A stretch of DNA of 64,000 nt from Polyangium sp. y55x31 (GTDB lineage Bacteria > Myxococcota_A > Polyangia > Polyangiales > Polyangiaceae). Shown piece after piece: positions 41,970 to 50,589 of the stretch (the stretch's first letter is position 1; every line of letters begins with the position of its first letter). Made by a program: the position numbers and the translations under genes. The notes beneath the pieces were generated by a model, which was not told the origin of the DNA, searched no databases, and worked only from the letters and a program-made list of their open reading frames with translations. The stretch lies in NCBI RefSeq assembly GCF_029946505.1, contig NZ_JARZHG010000009.1, forward strand, positions 234,927-298,926, in the 5' to 3' direction.

Positions 41970-44900
41970 TCAAGTGCCACGGAATCGGCTCGGCGGTCCG
42001 TTCTTGTTCCCTTCGGTGGACGGCGCCGCGCGGAAGCGGGCCTCGGCATACTCGCTACGCGTGGCGAGTCGAACGAGATCGGCGAGGGCCGGATGCGCCG
42101 CGCAAGCCCGCGCGAGGCCGCCCTCGGCCGTGAGGGGCATGTCGAGATCGAGCTTGAGCTCGGCGACGACCTGGCGAAGGGCCGTGGGGAGGTCGCCGCT
42201 CGCAAAGAGGCCGGCGCGGCGAGCGGCGCGGCGAGCACTCTCGATGGCGGACTCGTAGGTGATGCCGTCGGGCTGGGCGAAGATCTCGCGGAGGCGACGG
42301 TCGCCACGAGGCGGGACGATTTGCCAGAGGTCCTGGCCGAGGCGCGCGACGCCGGGGTCGGTGCCGCCGGTGGGTCCAACGGGGCCGAAGGCGGCGCGGA
42401 GGGCCTCGATGAGGGTGCGCAGGTGCTCCTCGGGGAGGCGGACGAGGACGTGCTCGGGCATGGCGCCGGCGATGGAAGCGCCGAGGAGGTAACGAAGCTC
42501 GGGGGTCTCCTCGCGGATCTCGCCCGTGAGGACGACGGCCGGCGGCGCGAGGAGCGCGACCTGGACGTTGAGGGCAGCCTGGTTCGGGGCGCCGGCGGGG
42601 ACGCGGCGGTGGAAGAGCGGGGTGCGCGCGGCGCCGAAGACACGCGTGACCGAGCCCCAGACGTCGCCGAGGACGGTGGGGGCGCCGGGCTGGACGCGGA
42701 GGGCGCCGGTGAGGCCGTAGTGGCTCGGCTCGCGGCGATAACGGCCGGTCTCCCAGGTGATGGCGAGGGCCTCGTTGATGGGGCTCTCGACGTTGCGGAA
42801 GAGGAGCGCGAGGACGAGCTCGGGGGCCGAGGCGAGCGCGGAGAGCGGCGGCGGCGCGACGGCGCGGCCGGCCGGATCGAAGCCGGCGAGGACGTGCTCG
42901 ACGGCGCGGGCATAGGCGCCGTTGCGGTCGAGCTGGGCGGCCTCGTGGAGCTTCTGGAGCGTCACGCGATCGCCGGGGCGCAAGGAGGCCTGGTGCTTGC
43001 GGACGACGAGGAGGTCACGCGAGCGCGCTTCGGCGTTGCCGCCGTAGACCTCGACGAGGCGCTCGCCCGCGTCGTACGAGCCGGCCATGAGCTGCTCGAA
43101 GAGCGCGGTCTCGCGCGCAGGTCCGCCGCCCGGCGCGGGGGTGGGAGGCGCGGTGCGGGCGCGCGGCTGCGCAGGCGGCGCGGGCTCCTCGGCGAGCGGC
43201 GCGGGAGGTGGCATTTCGGCGGGCGGCGGCGGCGGACGGAGGCCCGTCGGCATGGAGCGGATGGCGCTCGCCGCGAGGGGGATCGGGATGTCGTCGTCGT
43301 CGTCCGCGCCGTCGTCGAAGGCGTTCTCGAACGCCTCTTCGAGGTCGAGCATGAGGCCCTGGCCATCGTCGGTGAGCGGCGCGGGGGCCGGCGGCGGAGG
43401 CGGCGGAGGCGGCGGCTCGGAGGGCTCGACGATGAGGCGGGGCCTGCGCGCATGCGCGAGCTCCTCGGCGATCTGCGCGGCGAGGTTGCGGTCGGAGGCC
43501 GCGAGGGGGAAGGCGTCGGCGTAGAGGCGGATGGCCTCGTCGGGGTCGGTGGCGACGACGAGGCGGCCGAGCTGGTAGAGGAAGCGGGCGCGATCGAGGC
43601 CGGCGCTCTGGCGGATGAGGTCGAAGAGGGCGGAGCGCGCAGCCTCGGGCTCGCCATATCCCGCGACGAACTCGAGCTTCTTGCGCATCGCGATCGGGCG
43701 GGTGTCTGGCTCGACGGCAGCCGTGTCGAGCAGGCGCGAAGCGGTCTCGAGCTGGGCCGCGGCGAGGGCGGCGTCGGCGGCGGCGAGGGCGACACGGCCG
43801 CGGCTGCGGAGGCCGCGGAGGTCGCCGCTCAAGGCGCGCTCGAAGAGGGGCAAGGCCGCGTCGAAGTTCTTGTTGCGCACGAGGCGCTCGGCCATGCCGA
43901 GGGCGATGAGCGGAGCCGGGCCGAACGCGGCGTGCCGGCGCGAGAGCTCGCGCATGCCGGCGCCGCCGCCCTGGATGACGTCGAGCTCCTCGGCGAGCAG
44001 GAACGCTTGGAGCTCCATCTGCTCGGGCGTGAGGTGCTCGCCGATGCGCATGAGCTCGTCGATGGCGTGTTGCGCTTCGCGAGGCGTGCCGCCGCCGCGC
44101 GCGCGGTACTCGAGGCGGCGCGCTTCGAGGACGGCGTCGGCGGAGTGCGGAGCGAGGCGGACGGCGCGGCGGACGCGGTCGAGGGCCGTCGCCTCGTCGC
44201 CGGTCGAGGAGGAGGCGCGGGCCGCCTCGACGAGGTAACTCGCGCGTTTGTCCGCGGGCTCGCGGGAAGCGGTGGCGAGCTGATCGAGGGCCTCGGAGAG
44301 GGTGCGGGCGTCGCCCTGATGGCGAGCGATCGCGACGCGCAGCTCGATGACGGCGTCGCGCGCGGCGATGGGCGCGATGCTCTCCAGGATGTTGCGCGCG
44401 GCCTGGGCGTTGCCTCCGGCGAGCCAGTCGTTCGCGGCGCGGATGCCGTACTCGGCGCGCTCGTCGGTCTTCGCGGAGAGCTCGCCGAGGCGCTGCCAGA
44501 GGGGCGCGGCCCGGAGCGGCGATCCGAGTCGCTCGCGGATGTCGGCGAGGAAGCGGAGCGCGCTCGGATCGTCGGGCGTCTCCGCGAGGAGGGCGTCGAG
44601 CTCGGCGCAAGCGTCCTCCAGGCGGCCGAGGCGCTGCTCGAGGACGGCGGCGCGGCGGAGGCGCAGGGTGCGGCGCAGATCGGGCGCCTGTGCGGCGGCG
44701 ATGCGCTTGCCGAGGATCTCGGCGACGGCGGCGTGATCGCCCTGCGAGGCCGCGTGCGCTTCGAGGCCTTCGAGGGCCTCCTCGTTGTCGGGCGCGAGCT
44801 CGCTCGCGGCCTTGAGGTGCGCGACGCCGGCCTTGTGATCCCCGAGCGCTTCGAGGAGCGCCGCGAGCTCACGCAGGATGGAGGCGCGCGTGACCGCGTC

Positions 44901-47900
44901 CTCGGTGCGCTGGAGCTGGAGGTTCAGGAGCGCGACCTGCGCGGGGCGATCGCCGGTGCGGCGCGCGAGGCGCAGCGTGGTCGCGAGCAGCTCGTCGGTC
45001 GGCTCGCTGTCCTGGAGGATGCGCTTCAGGACGTCGAGCGCGGCCGCGTCCTCGCCGCGTCCCGCGAGCATGGTCGAGAGGTCGACCGCGATGCGCACGC
45101 GGGACATGGGCCCGAGGTCCTGCCGCGCGAGCTCGGAGGCGAGAACGGCCTCGGCCTCGCTCGCGCGCTCGGACAGGACGAAGAGCCGGCGCATGCTGGA
45201 GAGCGCGGCCTCGCGTTGCTCGGGCGTGATGCTCGGCGAGCGCAGGGCACGCTCGAGCGTCTCGATCGACTCGGCGAAGTTGCCCTCGCGCTCCCTGCGC
45301 TCGGCGACGTGCAAGAGGGCCGCGAGGCGAACATCCGGCGCGACGGCAGCGTCGAGGTCCCGCGCGAGCGCCGCGTCGCCCGAGGCGAACACGGCCGCGT
45401 CGGCGTCGCTCACGAGCAGCTCGTCCTCCGGGGCGCGGCGCGCCGCCTGCACGAGGAGCGTGCCCGTGACGAGCGGATCGCCGAGCGCCTGCGCGAGCTT
45501 TCCGCCGAGGCGGAGGAGCGCGACGCCCACGCTCGCGTAGGGCTTGGCGACGGCTTGCAGCAGCGCTTCGAGGAAGGCGCGTGTCGCCGCGGCGTCGCCG
45601 GCCGCAACCACGGGCGCGAGCTCGACGAGCGTGTCGTATTCGTCGATGTCGCCGTCCGCGGCCACGGCACGCTCGACGAGCGAGAGCCCGAGCGCGTGCG
45701 CGCCGAGCGCGCCGAACGCGACCTTGGCGAGGGCCACGGCCACGCGCGCGCCGTCGGGCCCGTCGGTGCGTTTCAACGCGGCGAGGGCCGTGCTTTCGAA
45801 GCGGGCGACGAGCGGCCCGACGTGGCTCACGGATGCGACGAGCTTGCGCAGCGCCTCGCCGATCTCCTCGACGGTCCCGAGGTCCGGCCGCGCCGAGAGG
45901 GCGCGCAGGAGCAGGTCGAAGCGCATGCGGCTGCCCTCGCCCGCGGACTTCGCGAGCGAGGCGGCGCGCTTGAGCCACGCGGCCCGCACGCCTCCTTCGG
46001 CCGCCTCGGCGACGCGCTCGATCGCGCGGATCGCCTCGGTCGGGTTGCCGCCGCGCTCCGCGAGGCGCGCCATCAAGACGTACGACGTGCCCTCGGAGGG
46101 GACGGCCTCGTAGCACGCGACCGCGTGGCGCAACGCCGCGTCGATCGCGCCTCGTCGTTCGAGCTGACGTGCGCCGCGGTAGTGCGCCGCGCGCCGCCCG
46201 TAACAACCGAGCGCGGCTGCGGCGAGCACGTCGTACGTGCGATCGAGGACGTCGATGCCGCCTTCCACGGCGGACGATCGCTCGACGATCGCCACGGCCT
46301 CGGCGCGTGACGGATCGATCTGGATCGCGCTCGCGCCGATCTCGAGGGCGCGCTTCGGCAGCCCGTTCGCGACGGCCAGGTTCGCCGCTTCGATGAGCAG
46401 GCTCGCGCGCCTGCGCGGCTCGTTCGTGAGCGTCTCCGCGCGCCGCACGATCGCGTCGAGCGCGGCCGCAGGCCCCGCGAACGTCACGAGGTCGCGCGCG
46501 TACCGCTCCATCCCGCCGCGCGGCGCGGCCACGGCGGCGCGCCAGAACGCGTCCTCCGCGCCTACCGGATCTTGCGCGAGATCCCAGCGCACGGCCCCGA
46601 GATCCCGGAGCCCGCTCGACAGGTTCTCCAGGGCCGACTGCTCCGGCCCGTCGACGAGATCCCCGAGCGCGCGCACCCTCGCCTCGACGAACGAGACGAG
46701 CCCGTCCGATCCGAGCGACGCGCCGCTCTGCTGCATCTTGTCGTCGAGCGCGTCGAGGTGCTCGTGCAGGTGCCGCGACTCCGCGCCCTTCTCCGCGGCG
46801 CGCGCGAGCTCCGCCGCCGCCCCGTCCCAGTCCTCCGCCGCCGCGCGCCGCTGCGCCAGATCGAAGAGCCGCTCGATCGTGCGCTCGTTCTTCGTGTCGG
46901 CCGACACGAGCCGTTCGAGCAGCACCACGCCGAGCGCCACGTCCCCCGCGCGATCACTCATCGCGAGCAGCCGACCGCGGAGCCCCGGCACGCGCGGCCC
47001 GTACATGTCGAGCGCGCGCCTCCCGACGTCGATCGCGCGCGGCGCGTCGAGCTCGAAGAGCAGCGAGAGCGCGTCGCCGAAGAGGCTCGACATGTCGTCG
47101 AGGGGCCGCGGCTGCGCGAGCACCCACCCGAGCGCGTCCTCCAGCCGGTCCGGATCGTACGCCTGCGAAGCAAGCCGTACGAGTTCACGCATCGCGTCGG
47201 GGCACCCCGGGCGGAGCGCGAGCCAGCGCTGCGTCCACGTCACGGCGAGCGCCATCTCCCCGACCGTCTCGAACGACTTCGCGAGACCCTCGCAGAGCGA
47301 CGAGCGGATCAGCATCGTCGACGCGCCGCCCTCGACCGCCATCGCCGCGTCGAGATCCGGCATCGCGATCGTCGCCTTCGCCAGCGCCGACAGGGCCCGC
47401 GCCGACGCGGGATCCGCGAGGCACGCGTCCTCGGCCGTCCTCCGCGCGAGCGACGCGAGCCCGAGCCCGAGGTAACCCTCCGCGGCCACCGCGAGCAGGC
47501 TCGCGCTGATCTCTCCATTCGTCTCGGCTGCGATCTGCACGAGCGCGTCGGCGCGCTCGCGCTCCTTCGACGCGCCGAGCGTCGCCTGGAGCAGCGCCGC
47601 CGCCGCGACCTCCGAGCCCTTCGCGCGCGCGGCGATCGACGCGATGCTCCCGCCCTTCTGCCGGAGCTCGCGCCGCACCGAGGCGATCCCGTCGAGCGAC
47701 GCGAGCGCGACGGCGCGATCCGCGAGCAGCCCGAGATCACTCTCGACCTCGGCCACGATCCCCGCGTCGAGCACGGCTGCGATCGCGCGCGCCGCGCTCC
47801 CCTCGTCGAGCGCCCGCGACACGCGGCGCAGGTGCACCTGCCGCGCGCGGTACCGGTTCGTCTGGAAGGCGGCGAGCGCGTGATCACGCAACGCCTCGTC

Positions 47901-48683
47901 GGCCGCTCCCGCCGCTCCACGCGCGGCGAGCGCGTCGACCATCGTGTTCGCGGCCATCTCGTCTTCGGGCGAGATCTCGAACGCGCGCAGCCGATCCTCG
48001 AGCGCGCTGTCCGCGTCCTCGAGCGCCTCGTGCCGCGCCGCCGCCGTCAAATATCCCGCCGCCGCGTCCGCCTTGGGAATCGCCTCCTCTGCCCAGGCCG
48101 CGATCGTTCCGACGAGCTCGAGCGGCATGGGCTGGCTCGAATCGAGCGCCGCCGCCTCCTTCAGCGCCGCGGCCGCGCCCTTCGGATCGGCGCCTCGCGC
48201 GAGCAGCACGGCGATCTTCAGCAGCGTCTGCGCCGACGAAGCGGGCCGCGCCGGATCCACCGATGCGCGCAGCACCTCTGCGGCCGCGACCGGCTCGCCG
48301 AGCCCCGCGAGCCACTCGGCGAGCTCCGAACGCAGCGCCTCGTCCTCGCCGAGCGCGAGCGCGCGCCGCGCCATGTTCACGGCCGTATCGAGCTCCGTCT
48401 CGCGTGACGCGAGCAGCCGCCCGAGCGCGTTCGCGGCTTCGCGCTCGCCTGCTGCGTCGCCGGCGTCTCGACACCGCGCGACCACGCCGCGCAGAAAGGC
48501 GATCTCCGCGCGCGGCCCGTGATGCCGCACGATCGGCTCTTCCGTGCGGTTCGCCTCCAGCACGAGCGAACCTGCCGAGGTGGGCGCTGGCCGGTCGGCG
48601 AGCTCGGGCGGCGGCATGGTGCCGCGCCGCGCGACCGGCGCGGCGTCTTCATCCGTCGCGGAGAAATGGGCCGAAGAGCTCAT
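41970..48683 (-). CDS. giant Ala/Leu-rich TPR-like repeat protein (2237 aa) with Pro-rich/acidic linker and C-terminal globular region
   Basis: Long helical repeat composition, PPPPPPPPPAPAPLTDD…DDDDD linker, C-terminal non-repetitive 500 aa. Co-directional with the lipoprotein genes downstream and the sppA/Zn-ribbon-TPR genes upstream. Confidence 0.75.
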   Translation of the reverse strand: MSSSAHFSATDEDAAPVARRGTMPPPELADRPAPTSAGSLVLEANRTEEPIVRHHGPRAEIAFLRGVVARCRDAGDAAGEREAANALGRLLASRETELDTAVNMARRALALGEDEALRSELAEWLAGLGEPVAAAEVLRASVDPARPASSAQTLLKIAVLLARGADPKGAAAALKEAAALDSSQPMPLELVGTIAAWAEEAIPKADAAAGYLTAAARHEALEDADSALEDRLRAFEISPEDEMAANTMVDALAARGAAGAADEALRDHALAAFQTNRYRARQVHLRRVSRALDEGSAARAIAAVLDAGIVAEVESDLGLLADRAVALASLDGIASVRRELRQKGGSIASIAARAKGSEVAAAALLQATLGASKERERADALVQIAAETNGEISASLLAVAAEGYLGLGLASLARRTAEDACLADPASARALSALAKATIAMPDLDAAMAVEGGASTMLIRSSLCEGLAKSFETVGEMALAVTWTQRWLALRPGCPDAMRELVRLASQAYDPDRLEDALGWVLAQPRPLDDMSSLFGDALSLLFELDAPRAIDVGRRALDMYGPRVPGLRGRLLAMSDRAGDVALGVVLLERLVSADTKNERTIERLFDLAQRRAAAEDWDGAAAELARAAEKGAESRHLHEHLDALDDKMQQSGASLGSDGLVSFVEARVRALGDLVDGPEQSALENLSSGLRDLGAVRWDLAQDPVGAEDAFWRAAVAAPRGGMERYARDLVTFAGPAAALDAIVRRAETLTNEPRRRASLLIEAANLAVANGLPKRALEIGASAIQIDPSRAEAVAIVERSSAVEGGIDVLDRTYDVLAAAALGCYGRRAAHYRGARQLERRGAIDAALRHAVACYEAVPSEGTSYVLMARLAERGGNPTEAIRAIERVAEAAEGGVRAAWLKRAASLAKSAGEGSRMRFDLLLRALSARPDLGTVEEIGEALRKLVASVSHVGPLVARFESTALAALKRTDGPDGARVAVALAKVAFGALGAHALGLSLVERAVAADGDIDEYDTLVELAPVVAAGDAAATRAFLEALLQAVAKPYASVGVALLRLGGKLAQALGDPLVTGTLLVQAARRAPEDELLVSDADAAVFASGDAALARDLDAAVAPDVRLAALLHVAERREREGNFAESIETLERALRSPSITPEQREAALSSMRRLFVLSERASEAEAVLASELARQDLGPMSRVRIAVDLSTMLAGRGEDAAALDVLKRILQDSEPTDELLATTLRLARRTGDRPAQVALLNLQLQRTEDAVTRASILRELAALLEALGDHKAGVAHLKAASELAPDNEEALEGLEAHAASQGDHAAVAEILGKRIAAAQAPDLRRTLRLRRAAVLEQRLGRLEDACAELDALLAETPDDPSALRFLADIRERLGSPLRAAPLWQRLGELSAKTDERAEYGIRAANDWLAGGNAQAARNILESIAPIAARDAVIELRVAIARHQGDARTLSEALDQLATASREPADKRASYLVEAARASSSTGDEATALDRVRRAVRLAPHSADAVLEARRLEYRARGGGTPREAQHAIDELMRIGEHLTPEQMELQAFLLAEELDVIQGGGAGMRELSRRHAAFGPAPLIALGMAERLVRNKNFDAALPLFERALSGDLRGLRSRGRVALAAADAALAAAQLETASRLLDTAAVEPDTRPIAMRKKLEFVAGYGEPEAARSALFDLIRQSAGLDRARFLYQLGRLVVATDPDEAIRLYADAFPLAASDRNLAAQIAEELAHARRPRLIVEPSEPPPPPPPPPAPAPLTDDGQGLMLDLEEAFENAFDDGADDDDDIPIPLAASAIRSMPTGLRPPPPPAEMPPPAPLAEEPAPPAQPRARTAPPTPAPGGGPARETALFEQLMAGSYDAGERLVEVYGGNAEARSRDLLVVRKHQASLRPGDRVTLQKLHEAAQLDRNGAYARAVEHVLAGFDPAGRAVAPPPLSALASAPELVLALLFRNVESPINEALAITWETGRYRREPSHYGLTGALRVQPGAPTVLGDVWGSVTRVFGAARTPLFHRRVPAGAPNQAALNVQVALLAPPAVVLTGEIREETPELRYLLGASIAGAMPEHVLVRLPEEHLRTLIEALRAAFGPVGPTGGTDPGVARLGQDLWQIVPPRGDRRLREIFAQPDGITYESAIESARRAARRAGLFASGDLPTALRQVVAELKLDLDMPLTAEGGLARACAAHPALADLVRLATRSEYAEARFRAAPSTEGNKNGPPSRFRGT

Positions 48684-48729
48684 GGAAGGGCGCGGCCAGG
48701 CTATCAGAGGCCGCGGACGAGCGGTGAGC

Positions 48730-50589
48730 TCAACGCACGATCAGCCCGAACGGCATGGCCGCAAGCGTTCGCTCGCCCGAAAGAAGGGGCGCCATCGACC
48801 CCAGATAACGGGCGACCTCGGGCAGGAGCGCGCCCACCTCCGGCAAAAGTGCGTCCACGGCTGCTTGCCGTGCTGCCTTTACCGCCGCGCTTTCCTGCGT
48901 CGCGCCCGTCTCAGCGTCCTCCGACGCTTCCAGGAGTTCCAGGAGCCCCCCGCCCTCGCCCACCACCTCGGCCGGCGCATCGTCCGGCAGATGCGCGAGC
49001 TTTCGCGCGAGCGTCACGGCGTCGACGAGCCCGCCGAGCTCGTCGACGAGGCCCCGCTCCTTGGCCTCGACCCCGCCGAAGATCCGGCCCTCGGCGCTCT
49101 CGGCGACCTTCTCGACCGCCATCCCGCGACCCTCCGAGATGCGCCGGACGAACAGATCGTAGATCGACTGCATCGACCCGAGCACCTTCTGCCGCGTCGG
49201 ATCGTCCCACGCGACGAACGGCGACATGTACGTCGCGCGCTTCGCCTTGAGCGGATCGGGCGCGGCCGCGATCGTCTCGGTCGTCACGCCGATCTCTTCG
49301 AGCGTCTTGCCCACGGCCAGCTTGCCCGACACCACGCCGATCGACCCGAGGATGCTCGTTGGCTCTGCAACGATCTTCGTCCCCGCGCAGGCCAGGTAAT
49401 ACCCGCCGCTCGCGGCCATGCCGCCGACCGACACGACGAGCGGTTTGTCCCCGCGCAGCTTCATCAGCCGCTTCCACAGGAGATCCGACGCGAGCGCCGA
49501 TCCGCCGGGCGAGTCGATCCGCAGCACCACCGCCTTCGTCGACTCGTCCTTCTCGAGCCGCGCGATCGTCTTGCCGAGATCACGCTCGTTGATCCCGTCA
49601 CTCCCGCCGAGCGGCGACGACGGCGCGCCGCCCATCGTGATCGCCCCCGTCGCGGGCACGATCGCCACGTGCGGCTCTCCGCCCGAGCCCGGCCCTGCGA
49701 GCACGCGGATCACGTCGATGAGCCCACCCGACACCGGCTCCGGCGACGCGCCTCCGCCGAACTTCACGCTCACGCGATCCGCGCCCGCGAGCTTCTTCGC
49801 CTCCTCGCGCGCTTCATCCGCGTACCCGACCTCGTCGACGAGCCCCTTCGCCTTCGCCTCTTCCGGCGGGAACGGCCCATCCTCCACGACGTCCGCGAGC
49901 CCGGGGTTGCCCCGCCCCTCCGCGATCGCCGACAGCCACGCCGATCGCAGCCCGCGCAGCGCGCCCTCGACCGACTGCCTCGCCTCGGGGCTCGCGCTGT
50001 CGCGCGTGAACGGCTCCTCTGCGCCCTTGTACTTCCCGACCTGAAGGAAATTCACCTCGACGTGGAGCTTCTCGAGCAGGCGATGACCGAACACGAGCTC
50101 GGCCGCGATGCCCACCGACTCCACGCCTCCGGCCGGGCTCACCCAGACCCGATCGCAGCCCACGGACGCGAGCAAGAGCGTCGCGTTGCCGAGATCGTCG
50201 GCGTGACAAACCACGGGCTTCTTCGCCTTGCGGATCGACGCGAGCAGCAGCCCGACCTCGTTCGCCCGCGCGAGCCCGAGCCCCGCGGTCCCGAGCTTCA
50301 CGAAAAACCCCTTCGTCGTCCCGCGCTCGTTCGCCGCGCCGATCACCTCCACGAGCTCGGCGTGCGTCCGCCCGCGCGGCGAGCCGAAGAGCCCGCCCTG
50401 CGACGACTCGGGCGCCCCACGCGACAGATCGATCTCGACCACCGCCGGCCCCGTGAGCGCCGGCGAGACCCGCGCGTTCGTCGTGCTCCGCGGCCTCCCC
50501 TCGCAGCCCGCACCCGCGATCGCGACCGCCGCTCCGAGCGTCACGCCGAAAGCCCCCAGACGCACCCGTCGGTCCCGCCGCTTTTTCAT
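48730..50589 (-). CDS. sppA: signal peptide peptidase SppA (S49 family)
   Basis: ATG at 50589 (MKKRRDRRVRLGAFGVTLGAAVAIAGAGC). Two S49 repeats with catalytic-region signatures (GGMAASGGYYLA…, SGK). Confidence 0.85.
   Translation of the reverse strand: MKKRRDRRVRLGAFGVTLGAAVAIAGAGCEGRPRSTTNARVSPALTGPAVVEIDLSRGAPESSQGGLFGSPRGRTHAELVEVIGAANERGTTKGFFVKLGTAGLGLARANEVGLLLASIRKAKKPVVCHADDLGNATLLLASVGCDRVWVSPAGGVESVGIAAELVFGHRLLEKLHVEVNFLQVGKYKGAEEPFTRDSASPEARQSVEGALRGLRSAWLSAIAEGRGNPGLADVVEDGPFPPEEAKAKGLVDEVGYADEAREEAKKLAGADRVSVKFGGGASPEPVSGGLIDVIRVLAGPGSGGEPHVAIVPATGAITMGGAPSSPLGGSDGINERDLGKTIARLEKDESTKAVVLRIDSPGGSALASDLLWKRLMKLRGDKPLVVSVGGMAASGGYYLACAGTKIVAEPTSILGSIGVVSGKLAVGKTLEEIGVTTETIAAAPDPLKAKRATYMSPFVAWDDPTRQKVLGSMQSIYDLFVRRISEGRGMAVEKVAESAEGRIFGGVEAKERGLVDELGGLVDAVTLARKLAHLPDDAPAEVVGEGGGLLELLEASEDAETGATQESAAVKAARQAAVDALLPEVGALLPEVARYLGSMAPLLSGERTLAAMPFGLIVR

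Noticed and set aside
42093-46310. 1405-aa + strand ORF, plus many 100-600-aa ORFs on both strands between 42000 and 48700
   Set aside because: They are shadow ORFs of the 2237-aa TPR-like gene in very high-GC sequence. Only the minus-strand frame gives a coherent repeat protein with a clean ATG start.
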